Assembly (NCBI RefSeq): GCF_001194135.2
Contig: NC_068984.1
Span: 87,512,468 to 87,552,387 of the forward strand
From: Octopus bimaculoides
Lineage: Eukaryota
Direction of reading: 5' to 3'
DNA length: 39,920 bases
The notes under the pieces were generated by a model. It was not told the origin of the DNA, searched no databases, and saw nothing but the letters and a program-made list of their open reading frames with translations. Position numbers and translations under genes: made by a program. Shown in pieces: positions 24,601 through 34,496 of the stretch. Position 1 is the stretch's first letter; every line of letters begins with the position of its first letter.

Positions 24601-27497
24601 CACCCTTGCCAGTGGAATGTAAAAGCATCCATTACACTCTCAGAATGGTTGGTGTTAAGAAGGGCATCCAGCCATGGAAAACCATGCCAAATCAGACTGG
24701 AGTCTGGTGCAGCCTTCCAGCTTACCAGCCCTGGTCAAACCATCTAACCCATGCCAGCATGAATAACGGATGTTAAATGATGTTGATGATACCTGATTGT
24801 TTAAGAGTTAAACTGCTTATTGTCTAAATTATTTTTGTAAAATTATATCAAGGAAGAGCTATTTTAGTCATTTATAAAACACACCAAAGCTGTTTTATTC
24901 ACTTTATATTTCATGTAATGTCAGCATTTTCATTGTAATGCCTGGGAGTATTGAATGAATGTAAAACAAATCTGCCAGTGTCCTATGTCACTTGAAGACC
25001 ACTCATAGATTGTTATAATCATGGATCAAACTACAAGAATCCTGTTCCATCTCTTGGCATTACTTTGAAGACTGCAAATGGAATAATTGTAGTTAAGTGA
25101 GAAGCTTTACTGTAGATGCATGTGAAGATTAATGATGAGATACCATCGTATTTGTTTATTGCAAAAAATAACAGTCCATTAATCACCTTGCAAAAGATAA
25201 AGTGATGTTATGAGATTGATAAATGTAGCTTTAACTGTCACACTACCAGCATCCTTGGTCAGTCTTTAAAGGGCCAGCTTGGGATCTAGTTCAAAACGGG
25301 GACACCAGTTTTCATTTATGTTTTATGTAGTGTTTTTGGTACCGAAAGACTTTCAAACTTCGTATACTTATCTATTTTGTGTTATAGAACAGAAAAAAAT
25401 TTTTGTATTCGAAGTTATTTCATGTAAAAAATTGTCTTATTTCGATAATTTCAACCAATCACTGACAAGTATTCAGCTGTTTACAGTTACTCCTTTGGCA
25501 GTTTAAGCAGTGTAAAGCGTATTTAATCTCCATTACTTCTGACATTTTGCAGAGAGGCAACACACGTGTGTTCGTTTTCCTTCGTTTTATTTTTAATATN
25601 NNNNNNNNNNNNNNNNNNNNNNNNNNNNNNNNNNNNNNNNNNNNNNNNNNNNNNNNNNNNNNNNNNNNNNNNNNNNNNNNNNNNNNNNNNNNNNNNNNNN
25701 NNNNNNNNNNNNNNNNNNNNNNNNNNNNNNNNNNNNNNNNNNNNNNNNNNNNNNNNNNNNNNNNNNNNNNNNNNNNNNNNNNNNNNNNNNNNNNCACCGC
25801 CAGAATCGTTTGAGAATCGTTTGTTTACATAGTCAGCACTTACTGTATTCGGCTGAATGGACGTCAGTCATTGGTTGAAATTACAGAAATACGACAACTT
25901 TAACATGAAATAAGTTGCAATATAATAATTTTTCTTAAGAAGACTAAGAGAAAAAGATGTTTTATATGACACATTCTACCAGTGTCCCAAGTTTCAAAGT
26001 GTTTCGTTAAGAAAATACTGGCACCCCCGTTTTGAACTAGATCCCCAGCTTGTAGTTAAAACTGTTTATGGACAAACAGGTAAAAACCTCTATATTAATG
26101 CTGTTGTGTCAAGCACCAAGAATTTCAGAATTATGTGTATAAGTTTGCTATTTAACTGCATATTTAAGGCCAGGAATACTTTTGCATATTTGATAATGCT
26201 TCTGTTCACAATGAGATCAAAGCCTTCATTCAGTATCTTTGCAACTATTGTTTGAAATATTCGCTATTGTATTTGCCTCTCGTTACTCTCGTAGGGGAAT
26301 GTGTCTCAAATATAAAACTGGCACTAAAAACTGAACATACATTCATATAGAAATAGTGAACAATCCTGCAGGTGTTATACAGTCACACACGGATATAAAA
26401 TTGTCAGAAAATTAGCATTGGGTGGCATTACTGTATTTACTCTTGAAAAAACTAGAAGGTATTTCAATCATTTGATGAGCTTTTTCCCTGTCGCTTGGTT
26501 GCTGAAAACTCATAATGAATCAAGCAAGTTCACATACAAGTGACATTAAAAGGGATTTATGATGTTTTGATGCCATATTTTCTGTTAAGTAAATCTTCTT
26601 GTCTCAATCTCACTTTGAAATCATTATTCATCAATTTGAAATTGCTTTCTCACTTTGATGTAGCTAAGTCTCATTCTGAAATCATTAATCTCTCTATGAA
26701 TTGATAAAGTCTCACTTTGAAGTGATATTTTCTCAGATTCTGAATTGCATTATGAGAGCTTTGAAGGCAAGGGAGAAAATTATTAGCATGCTCTTATGAT
26801 TGGGACAATTGACATTAATTTCTCAGCTTTTCCTGTAACTTTCTTTTTTATATAATCCAACATAATGCAATATGGATTGTCTTTAGATTTTCAAATATAA
26901 ATTTAAGTATTTATTTTTCTAGATCTGGGTCTCTTGACAAAGTTAGTAACAACAAACTAATAAACTTCCTAGGAAAAGATTTGCCTCCTCATTTTACAAA
27001 ATACTGAAATCATGACCCTGTGAACATATATGATGCATAAAAAATATTGTTGGTTGCTTTACTAGAGATTTATTATCTGTGGTTTCATATTCTGTTGCCA
27101 AGTTCTTGTTTTAACTGCATTCTGATTTACTTAGATGTTAGAAATATGAAACTGGAACCTGATTTTAGTTTAGCTTACACTCTGACCACATAAACACCAA
27201 TTTGTCAACTGAAAATTTTGGTATGAAGAAATCACACTAATTTATGAGTGAAATTTTCTGTATCTTAAGAATTAAACTCAATTTATGTAGTCAGAAGTTG
27301 AATCTACATACCTAACTTCAAACTGTATTAAATGTATAGAATATTATGTATAGCTTATATATTTGTTATTGTATTTTATATAATTCTGATTATAATGCAC
27401 TTTTATTTTCAGTTTTCTTATTGATGACACCTTATATCTTCTAAAAAAGACAAAGCTACAAGGCATTATAATACCAAACCCCATGGAAACGTCATAA
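8823..27497 (+). CDS. PGAP3: PGAP3 / Per1-like GPI-anchor remodelling protein, 3' five coding exons (partial gene)
   Basis: Manual splicing gives ISAHAWFWSLAFHTRDTAFTE-MMDYFCAFSLILFNLFLFFCR-VVGTQHY...FDYTYNVYICSCIG-FLQSMFWGVWC...[59 protein letters not shown]. This matches recalled PGAP3 motifs (AWFWSxxFHTRD, MDYFCA, FDYxYN, LELxDFPP, DAHAxWH, FLxDD). All introns are GT-AG with compatible phases. Confidence 0.96.
9430..9762 (+). mobile_element. Two tandem tRNA-derived SINE copies (MetaSINE-like core); the first is partial
   Basis: Core TTCAAATTCTGCCG.GGTCGACTTTGCCTTTCATCCTTTCGGGGTCGATAAATTAAGTACC; ATT-rich tails. Confidence 0.85.
9765..10009 (+). mobile_element. MetaSINE-like SINE with (ATT)n tail running into the gap
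   Basis: Same core as neighbouring copies; head AAGGTGGTGATCTGGCAGAATTGTTA. Confidence 0.88.
10010..10249. other. Assembly gap; others at 22343-22352, 25600-25794, 31349-31776 and 38315-38414
   Basis: Runs of N, mostly adjoining repeats. Confidence 0.99.
10250..10680 (+). mobile_element. RTE LINE 3' tail / RTE-tailed non-autonomous element
   Basis: GCTGTGCTTGAGAAGACC, GAGTGGTTGGCATTAGGAAGGGCATCCAGC and CCATGCTAGCATGGAAAACGGATGTTAAACGATGAT, as in the RTE copy ending at ~24790. Confidence 0.85.
10681..10910 (+). mobile_element. MetaSINE-like SINE
   Basis: Same head and core; begins directly at the GATGAT tail of the preceding element. Confidence 0.88.
11190..11452 (+). mobile_element. MetaSINE-like SINE with (ATT)n tail
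   Basis: Core GAGTTCAAATCCTGCCGAGGTCGACTTTGCCTTTCATCC. Confidence 0.85.
14169..15503. mobile_element. Nested pogo/Tc-like non-autonomous DNA element
   Basis: TIRs CAGTAAAAACCCATGTAATT and AATTATATGGGTTTTTATGG match at 17/20; TA duplicated at 14167-14168 and 15504-15505; weak pogo-like remnant RGGKRKL...EEKL near 15070-15110. Confidence 0.8.
15609..16626 (+). pseudogene. Mariner transposase pseudogene
   Basis: MITKQC*VIFLYEYRLGHSAAEA..., ITCDEKW, LPDNAYLH, HPPYSSDISPTDYHLFK, RWIKVINEHGSYFD; several stops and frameshifts. Confidence 0.92.
16817..16878 (+). CDS. PGAP3: PGAP3 exon (62 bp): MMDYFCAFSLILFNLFLFFC(R)
   Basis: TTTCTTTCAG acceptor; CG|GTAAGT donor; MDYFCA motif. Confidence 0.95.
17615..17700 (-). 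mobile_element. RTE-tail fragment
   Basis: TTTTCCATGCTAGCATGGGTT is the reverse complement of the shared RTE 3' end. Confidence 0.6.
17850..18125 (+). mobile_element. Decayed RTE ORF2 C-terminus
   Basis: CYGYAVCMNVDSCIK...RGRPRETWDE...EMTRNCDSYQHAVLEKT, homologous to 2548-2784. Confidence 0.8.
19820..20260 (+). mobile_element. RTE-BovB-like LINE C-terminal remnant (a different family)
   Basis: IWPIGIYGCEA...RKIKLVYYGHIQRSRGLENIM...SRGRQRM*WMDNIKNW. Confidence 0.8.
20370..20490 (-). mobile_element. CR1/L2-type LINE AP-endonuclease fragment
   Basis: FNYLSSYIKAIYLSSPLSKVIILGDFN contains the GDFN motif. Confidence 0.6.
21067..21203 (+). CDS. PGAP3: PGAP3 exon (137 bp): VVGTQHYIVLSALFIGLLSFCVRHFYYMAYVKFDYTYNVYICSCI(G)
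   Basis: TTTCAG acceptor; G|GTGAGT donor; FDYxYN motif; lies within ORF 20960-21238. Confidence 0.95.
21463..21672 (+). mobile_element. MetaSINE-like SINE, diverged
   Basis: Head AAGGTGGAGAGTTGGCAAAATCATTAGC; core GACTTTACCTTTTATCCTTTCGGGG; end GAATTTGAAACC. Confidence 0.8.
22085..22337 (+). mobile_element. RTE-tailed repeat, diverged
   Basis: AAGTGGCTTGTGTTAAGAAAGCATCCAGC ... CCATGCTAGCATGGAAAATGAACATGATAAGGATGATG. Confidence 0.7.
22392..22596 (+). CDS. PGAP3: PGAP3 exon (205 bp) with LELGDFPP and DAHALWH
   Basis: TATAG acceptor; AG|GTAAGT donor; HxxxH metal-binding motif; lies within ORF 22280-22600. Confidence 0.97.
22790..23010 (-). mobile_element. RTE-clade ORF2 C-terminal remnant (third family)
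   Basis: LHWYRHVLCLQLDPPTRALLSFDAMAAGW*RPCGRPSTKWL. Confidence 0.7.
23482..24790 (+). mobile_element. 5'-truncated RTE LINE with PHD-like finger, RT thumb and complete 3' tail
   Basis: CLICRKGIGRNSIRCIRCKLWTHKRC...FVCGRC, then LEVVDNFHYLG, MLHGSKTWAVTAED...; internal deletion near 24175; TTGGGCCTC repeats; ends GTTAAATGATGTTGATGAT. Confidence 0.92.
25282..26044. mobile_element. Merlin-like non-autonomous DNA transposon (GG termini, 8-bp TSD)
   Basis: TIR GGATCTAGTTCAAAACGGGG and CCCCGTTTTGAACTAGATCC; TSD CCAGCTTG at 25274-25281 and 26045-26052; contains a gap. The superfamily call is inferred from termini and TSD length. Confidence 0.75.
27413..27497 (+). CDS. PGAP3: PGAP3 terminal coding exon: (S)[27 protein letters not shown]
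   Basis: TTTTATTTTCAG acceptor; phase completes AG|T = Ser; [10 protein letters not shown] resembles recalled vertebrate FLEDDSLYLL; TAA at 27495-27497. Confidence 0.9.
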
Positions 27498-27504
27498 TTT
27501 TGTT

Positions 27505-27727
27505 TGCACATATGCATACAAACACATATGTATGTATATATGCTCACACAGAAACATTTACATATATTCAGTATGTACATATAATTAAATCATATATCTA
27601 TGAATAATATATATGTATTGTATATAAAATAAATATGAATGTGTGTGAGAGTGCATGTGTATATAAACACATACATGTGTGTTTGTGTATGTATATTTTT
27701 ATATATATATATATATGTATAGATATA

Positions 27728-27792
<65 letters not shown>
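27505..27792. repeat. CA/TA/TG microsatellites just downstream of the PGAP3 stop codon
   Basis: Seen directly; long pure (TA)n at ~27735-27792. Confidence 0.93.
27628..27633 (+). promoter_or_regulatory. Candidate polyadenylation signal for PGAP3
   Basis: AATAAA 130 bp after the stop codon; the hexamer is common by chance in AT-rich DNA. Confidence 0.3.
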
Positions 27793-27795
<3 letters not shown>

Positions 27796-28604
27796 AAAAG
27801 TTAATGGCTAAGATTTTTTTATATAAAAAAATATTTAACCGTATACTCATGTAAACACTAATCTTGTGTTCAAAAAAGAATGATCCACTGATGTGACTGC
27901 ATGTGACATGCTTGCTAAGCAAGCACTTTACTTACAATACTGCACTGTGTTTGCATTTTCTTCTTACTCAAAACTTTATTGCTTTTAAGAGAACTTTTCA
28001 GTCACTATAAGCATCACACAGTTTGCCAACCACTTCATATTAAGACGTTAGTTATTTCCGTTAATGTACAAACATAGCAAGATATTACACAGACATGCAA
28101 TGTTTTTCATGATAATATGAACAAATTATAAATTAAGAGATAAGATTTTCAATATAAACAATATTTATATTATATCCATGCAGTTTCGATTTCATCAGCA
28201 GGTGCATTGTTCTCTTTAGATTTTAATATATATGTCCCTGGATGAAGTCCATTGCAGTTTCCTTGTAGTAGAATACCTCTAGGAAAGGCAGGAACTACTA
28301 TTTATTCCTCTTTTGCATGTTACCCTTCATGTAAAGTAGGAAAATGTAGGAGGTAATATCATAAATTGCATATCTAAATAGACAATCTACTTCTACAACT
28401 GGTTTTCTCGAATCTTTATCCTTGTTAATAGACTTTTTATATTTACAATACTTTGTTTCCTCTTAGTTTTCATTTAAACTTGCAAATCGTACATATGTAT
28501 GTACGCACTATGTATGTATGTGTGTATGTATATACATATACATGTTTTTATACACATGCATATATATACACACACACATATATATCTATATGTATGTATA
28601 TATT

Positions 28605-28745
28605 AAAAGGCCTAGTTGTTAGGGTGTCGAGCCCATAATTGTAAGGTCTTGTGTTCGATTCTCAGATCTGGATGTATGTTGTATCTTTGACGAAGACTTT
28701 TCATTTCACTTTATTCCAGTCCAGAGTTGAGTGATTTTGCAACAT
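28605..28745 (+). mobile_element. Decayed tRNA-derived SINE head
   Basis: A-box-like GGCCTAGTTGTTAGGG and B-box-like GTGTTCGATTC. Confidence 0.65.
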
Positions 28746-28769
28746 CTTACAGCTTCCTTGGAGTCATTT

Positions 28770-28812
28770 AAATGTATCCATGTATTTATACATATATGTA
28801 TCTAGATGCATG

Positions 28813-28909
<97 letters not shown>

Positions 28910-28995
28910 ACATATGTGTATGTACATATGTGTATGTATATATATATGTGTGTGTATGTATGTATATGTACATGTTGGTATATATGTATACATAC
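28770..28995. repeat. (TA)n/(TG) microsatellite
   Basis: Seen directly. Confidence 0.95.
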
Positions 28996-30299
28996 TTGCC
29001 TGTTACACTTTTCTGCTCTTCATTCTCTCAAGGCACTCCTCTTCATGTTTCTTGTGCTTCTTCTTTCGAATTGAATGTTCAACTAGTGAAGCACTTTTTT
29101 TGCAGTTCCTGGTTTGTTTAATTCATTGCTTTTACTTTGAGGCTGAAAGATATGCTGTGTGTCTGTTTGCCTGCATGTCTGTCTATGTGCTATAATTTTT
29201 TCTATCTACCTATGTTTCTATCCTTTTCTCTATTTACTGCCTTCCTTTCTTTTGTTATTTGCATCCATCTATCTTTTTATCAAATATCCTTTTTATCTAT
29301 TCTTCCATCTTTGTATCTATCTGTCCATTTAATGGCTACACTCTCTTTTTTTTATCTCTCCCTCTCTTCCTTTCTTCCCTTCCTTCCTTCCCTCCCTCCT
29401 CCCTCCCTGATTTGATGTCTCTGCGGCAGCCATTTCTATCTTACACTTTTTCTCTTTACTTGCTTCCTACTCTTTTCTTCTCTCTCCTCCCAGAAAACCT
29501 TCCACTTCATCTTAGTTTTTCATCTTACTCATCCTTTCTTGGAACATACTGTTCAATTGGTCAGTCACTAATTTATGTCATGGTTTGTTTCAGGACATTA
29601 TCTTTCCTATAAATGTTACTTCTTGCGACTTGTCTCAATTTTGCTATGAAGCTGAAAGATATTCCTTGTATATATGTTGTTTCATTTTGTATTTTTTTTT
29701 CTTCTCTTCACAACTAGGCTTATTTACTGTTCTGTCCACAAACCTTTCACTGTCCTTGTCGAACATTTTTCTATCCTTGTTCATCTATCATATCAGCTGT
29801 CAACTGACACCACCAAATTGAGCAATATTGTTGGAAGTTGTTGAAATTGCGATGATATTTGGTCAACATTTGATAGGGCATAGACCATGTTTGTGTTTCT
29901 TCATGTTTCGTGTTCTTTCTGTGAATTTCTTTGTCATTCATCTGAGTCACCCTTTTCACTATATACATACATATAGATATTTCAGTTTAAAAGGCTACCA
30001 GCTAATTTGGCAGCTTGCCTCTCACATCCCACCTAATCTGTGATATTTTGCTTTGGACCTCATTTAAGATGGCGTTAGAAATTGAGAATGCATAAGAGGA
30101 CAATAAACATAGGGCATTGACTCACTGCCCCATAATTGTTTTCTAAAAATAAAGTACAATAAAATATTTCCAATCTGTTTCTCATGCAGAAAGTGTTTAC
30201 TAAAAATAGCAGGTGTGTGGGGAAAATGTCTCTTTTCTAATGCAGTCTGAAATATTTCCTCATATACTGTTAGAAGTTTCTGAGTGATTTGGTCTCACT

Positions 30300-30625
30300 A
30301 TCTGAAGCATAAATCATGTCAGTTTATAAAGTGAATGCATCAACCCATCCATTTCACACATTGAATTTCTCATGTCCGACTTCTTAGCAGTCAGCAGAGC
30401 ATAAAGGTGAATAGTTGCATGTATAACAATAGTGTTACCGGAAAAATATTCTAAAATCCATTCTTTCAGTTTGATTTGCATATCATTATATAAAGCCACT
30501 ACAGATTTTCCAGTCTCCCTCCATTTTGTTCTGCAACACTAAACTCTCATTGCTGTAGAGGTTTGACATACTCAATCACTTTCAACTTGAATTTCACATC
30601 ATAGGAGTTCTGCTTTCTCTTCTGC
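30300..30625 (-). pseudogene. pogo-family transposase N-terminal remnant
   Basis: KRKQNSYDVKFKLKVIEY, then IKLKEWILEY...IVIHATIHLYALLTAKK (Brinker/CENP-B-type HTH pattern), frameshifted; TIRs not located. Confidence 0.7.
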
Positions 30626-31779
30626 ACTACAATGTTTGGATTGATGTAGTGTTTATAAACTGAAGAAGAACAACGATTATATTTTTATTGACTAATGATT
30701 TAAAAAAAACATGTATAGACTGATTGTTATCTTTTTATTGCACCTCAACTGCCAAACTTTATTTTAGGTTAACCTGTTGGCCAAATTTAAGTTCAGCCAC
30801 GCATCCATTTAATGATGCATGGCTACATTAGCCAATTGTTGGAAAGGTTTTGGGTAGAAGAATAGGGCTTAAATAAAATGTAACACAATAAGCAGAACAA
30901 CCAAAAATGAGTGTAATATTGCATCTAAACTGCTGTATTTAATGCTAAATTAATCTATTAGCCAATCATAATTATAGTCAAATATTTCTCAGAACATGGA
31001 TATGTCAGCCAATCATCAGAATTTTTTTTTTCTGATACTGCTAATATGTCCAGCATTTGAATTACTTATTTGCGTCTAGTGTTACCCTAAAAAGTAGTAA
31101 CATTCCTCAGATTATTGGTTAATAATATACTCAGAACTGAAAACTGGCAAGAAATAATAAAGACAATTAAAAGATAGATTTATTTCTAAAGTTTTTTTGA
31201 GATTTAGCTGTTTCTAATTCTAGTCTGTAACTAAATGTGTAGATAAGGCTTCAGCAACCATTTTTTGGGGAAGTGGGCTGTAAGGGACATGATTTATTTA
31301 TTAGGTGGGCTGCACTACTAAAATAATTCAAGGTAATTTTTTTGTTATNNNNNNNNNNNNNNNNNNNNNNNNNNNNNNNNNNNNNNNNNNNNNNNNNNNN
31401 NNNNNNNNNNNNNNNNNNNNNNNNNNNNNNNNNNNNNNNNNNNNNNNNNNNNNNNNNNNNNNNNNNNNNNNNNNNNNNNNNNNNNNNNNNNNNNNNNNNN
31501 NNNNNNNNNNNNNNNNNNNNNNNNNNNNNNNNNNNNNNNNNNNNNNNNNNNNNNNNNNNNNNNNNNNNNNNNNNNNNNNNNNNNNNNNNNNNNNNNNNNN
31601 NNNNNNNNNNNNNNNNNNNNNNNNNNNNNNNNNNNNNNNNNNNNNNNNNNNNNNNNNNNNNNNNNNNNNNNNNNNNNNNNNNNNNNNNNNNNNNNNNNNN
31701 NNNNNNNNNNNNNNNNNNNNNNNNNNNNNNNNNNNNNNNNNNNNNNNNNNNNNNNNNNNNNNNNNNNNNNNNNNNNAAA

Positions 31780-32395
31780 ATCATCATCATTTAACATCCG
31801 TTGTCTATGCTGGCATGGGTTGGACAGTGTGACCAGCTGAACTGGCAAGCTGGATGGTGGGGCTGCACCAAACTCCTGTCTGATTTGGCATGGTTTCTAT
31901 GGCTGCATGCCCTTCCTAATGCCAACCACTTAGAGTGTGCTGGGTGTTTCTATGTGGCATTGCAAGGGCGCTTTTATGTGGCACCCCACGGGCACTCAGA
32001 TTATTGGTTAATAAAATACTCAAAACTGAAAACTGACAAGAAACAAAAAAGACAATTAAAAGGTTAATTTATTCTTAAAGTTTTATTAGGTGGGCTGCAC
32101 TACTAAAATAATTCAAGGTAATTTTTTTGTTATTGTACCATTCAGAAAGTTCCACAGATCGGAATTTGGCTTATGAATAGTGCAGTCAATGAAAAACTGT
32201 AATGCAGCATGGGTGCTTTTATGTGGCACCATATAGGCACTTTTACATGGCACTGCCATGAGTGTTTTAGACCACCAGAAGGATTGGTTTTAACATTTCT
32301 GCTGTGGAGTATGAGTCTTCTAGAGTACAGCCAGGTGCTAGGTATCTTGGTCCTTTGACATCTCACCTGAAAAGTTCAGCTTCCTGAGGCCATAT
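31780..32395 (-). mobile_element. RTE-tailed repeat interrupted at ~31996-32200
   Basis: TCATCATCATTTAACATCCG...ATGCTGGCATGGGTTGGAC tail; GCTTTTATGTGGCACC occurs on both sides of the interruption. Confidence 0.75.
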
Positions 32396-32762
32396 GTATA
32401 TATATAATTAGTAGAAGTTATAAAGTGACTGAAAGACCAAAAGTTTTGGGTATAATACTTATGAAATTGCAACAAAATCTAGGAGTTTAATTTTATATAG
32501 ATTGACATATAATTATCTCTGGGTTTTTGGAGAAAAGTCAAAATTGGAGGGTCACATGAATAATGGATGTATTCAAATAAGTCTTCCCATTAAGCAGTTC
32601 AATAAATCAATAAATAAATGAAAATAAAAAGGGAAGCAAGCATATATACATATACACTCACATGTGCGCATGAACAAATATAGCCATCTGTGTGTAACAT
32701 AAATGTATAGACATATAATATACACATATATATTATCTTTCATTTATATATATATATATAGC

Positions 32763-32914
32763 ACAGGTGTGGCTTTGTAGTAAGAAGCTTGCTTCCCAAC
32801 CATATGGTTCCAGGTTCAGTCTCACTGTGTGGCACCTTGGGCAAATGTGTTCTATAGCTTTGGGCTAACCAAAACCTTGTGAGTGGATTTTGTAGACAGA
32901 AACTGAACAAAGCC

Positions 32915-32997
<83 letters not shown>

Positions 32998-33102
32998 TGT
33001 GTGTGAGTCTGTGTTTGCTCCCCACCATCACTGTTTGACAATTGGTTTTGGTGTGTTTACATCCCCATAACTTAGTGGTTTGGTAAAAGAGACTGATAGA
33101 AT
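32763..33102 (+). mobile_element. tRNA-derived SINE with internal (TG)n(TA)n
   Basis: Head GGTGTGGCT...AAGAAGCTTGCTTCCCAACC...GGTTCAGT; same family as 8391-8770. Confidence 0.88.
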
Positions 33103-33129
33103 GCAGGGAGGCAAGGACGTAGACTGAGC

Positions 33130-33418
33130 TCCTTTCAAATGTTGGGCCTCACAAAGGCAATGACTGAGACCTTTGGCATTATGTTATGCTTGAGCAGAAG
33201 ACCCATCAAGCCAAGTAAAACCGCAGTCATGACAGATACTGGTGTCATGCAAATGGCACGTAAAAGCACTCATTATACTCAGAGTGGTTGGCATTAGAAA
33301 GGGCATACAACCATAAAAACCATGCCAAAGCAGACTAGGGTCTGGTGCAACTTTCCAGCCCTGGTCAAACCATCCAACTCATGCCAGCATGGACAACGGA
33401 CGTCAAATGATGATGATG
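33130..33418 (+). mobile_element. RTE-tailed repeat
   Basis: TTGGGCCTCAC...GAGACCTTTGGCATTATG...AGAAGACCCATCAAGCCAAG, closely resembling 24490-24790; ends ACGGACGTCAAATGATGATGATG. Confidence 0.85.
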
Positions 33419-33974
33419 TATATATATATATATGTAGATATAATATATATGTATGGATGTATGTAGATATAATATGTATATATGTATGTAGATATATATA
33501 TATCTATCTATCTATCTATATATATATATATATATATATATATGTTTGTATGTATATATGTGTATATATGTATGTATGTATATATGTGTATATATGTATG
33601 TATGTATATATGTGTATATATGTATGTATGTGTATATATGTATGTATGTATGTGTATATATGTATGTATGTATGTATATATGTATGTATATATGTGTATA
33701 TATATATGTATGTATATATGTGTATATATATATGTATGTATATATGTGTATATATATATGTATGTATATATGTGTATATATGTATGTATGTGTATATATG
33801 TATATACATATATATGTATGTATGTATATATATATATATGTATATATATTGTATGTATGTATATATATATATATATGTATATATATTGTATGTATGTATA
33901 TATATATATATATGTATATATATTGTATGTATGTATATATATATATATATATGTATATATATTATATGTATGTG

Positions 33975-34030
<56 letters not shown>
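33419..34030. repeat. ~610-bp compound TA/TG microsatellite
   Basis: Almost continuous purine-pyrimidine alternation. Confidence 0.97.
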
Positions 34031-34032
<2 letters not shown>

Positions 34033-34327
34033 ATTAAGGTTCAGTTGAATTAGTTACTTAAATTGAGGTACTTTATTAGGTCTGAGTAACATGCATATTC
34101 AGCAATATTAAGTGAATATCAGACTTGATGCATAAGTGCCGGTCATGTGATATTCTTGCAGTGTATGCAGATAATAAGACCCAGCTGCTTGAAGAAATCC
34201 ACTCATAACTATTCAGGCATGTACTTTATATTAAAAATACTGTCTATAATATTTATGAAGCGTAGATTCCCGGGTAGGTGAATAAAATATTAGTGAGTAA
34301 CAAAGCGGTACAAGTGTCAATTCATTA

Positions 34328-34496
34328 CGGCTGTTTCCAACGACTCCTTTAATTGATTAATGAGAACATCACATCATTGTAAAGAAATGGTTTTTGTTTT
34401 CATTGTAAAGAAACTGTTTGCATCTGATGAAAATGATTTCTTTACAATGATGTAATGTTCTCATTAATCAATTAAAGGAGTCATTGGAAACAGCTG
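34328..34496. repeat. Inverted repeat / MITE-like hairpin with 61-bp arms
   Basis: Arms 34328-34388 and 34436-34496 differ at 3 positions; TA at 34326-34327 and 34497-34498. Confidence 0.88.

Noticed and set aside
28180-28200. CTGATGA-AAT-CGAAA on the - strand, resembling a hammerhead ribozyme core
   Set aside because: No room for stem II, and I could not form stems I and III with a UH cleavage site.
29137-29680. GCTGAAAGATAT present twice about 500 bp apart
   Set aside because: Only ~12 bp exact within low-complexity T-rich DNA; not enough to call a duplication or LTR.
31251-31848. ORFs containing long X runs (also 9928-10308, 25459-25832 and 38272-38499)
   Set aside because: Artefacts of N gaps.
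33322-34053. Long ORFs of 97-243 aa rich in Y/I/V/C/M (similar ones at 481-737, 4233-4504, 27590-27922 and 28764-29195)
   Set aside because: They are translations of TA/TG microsatellites, which lack stop codons.
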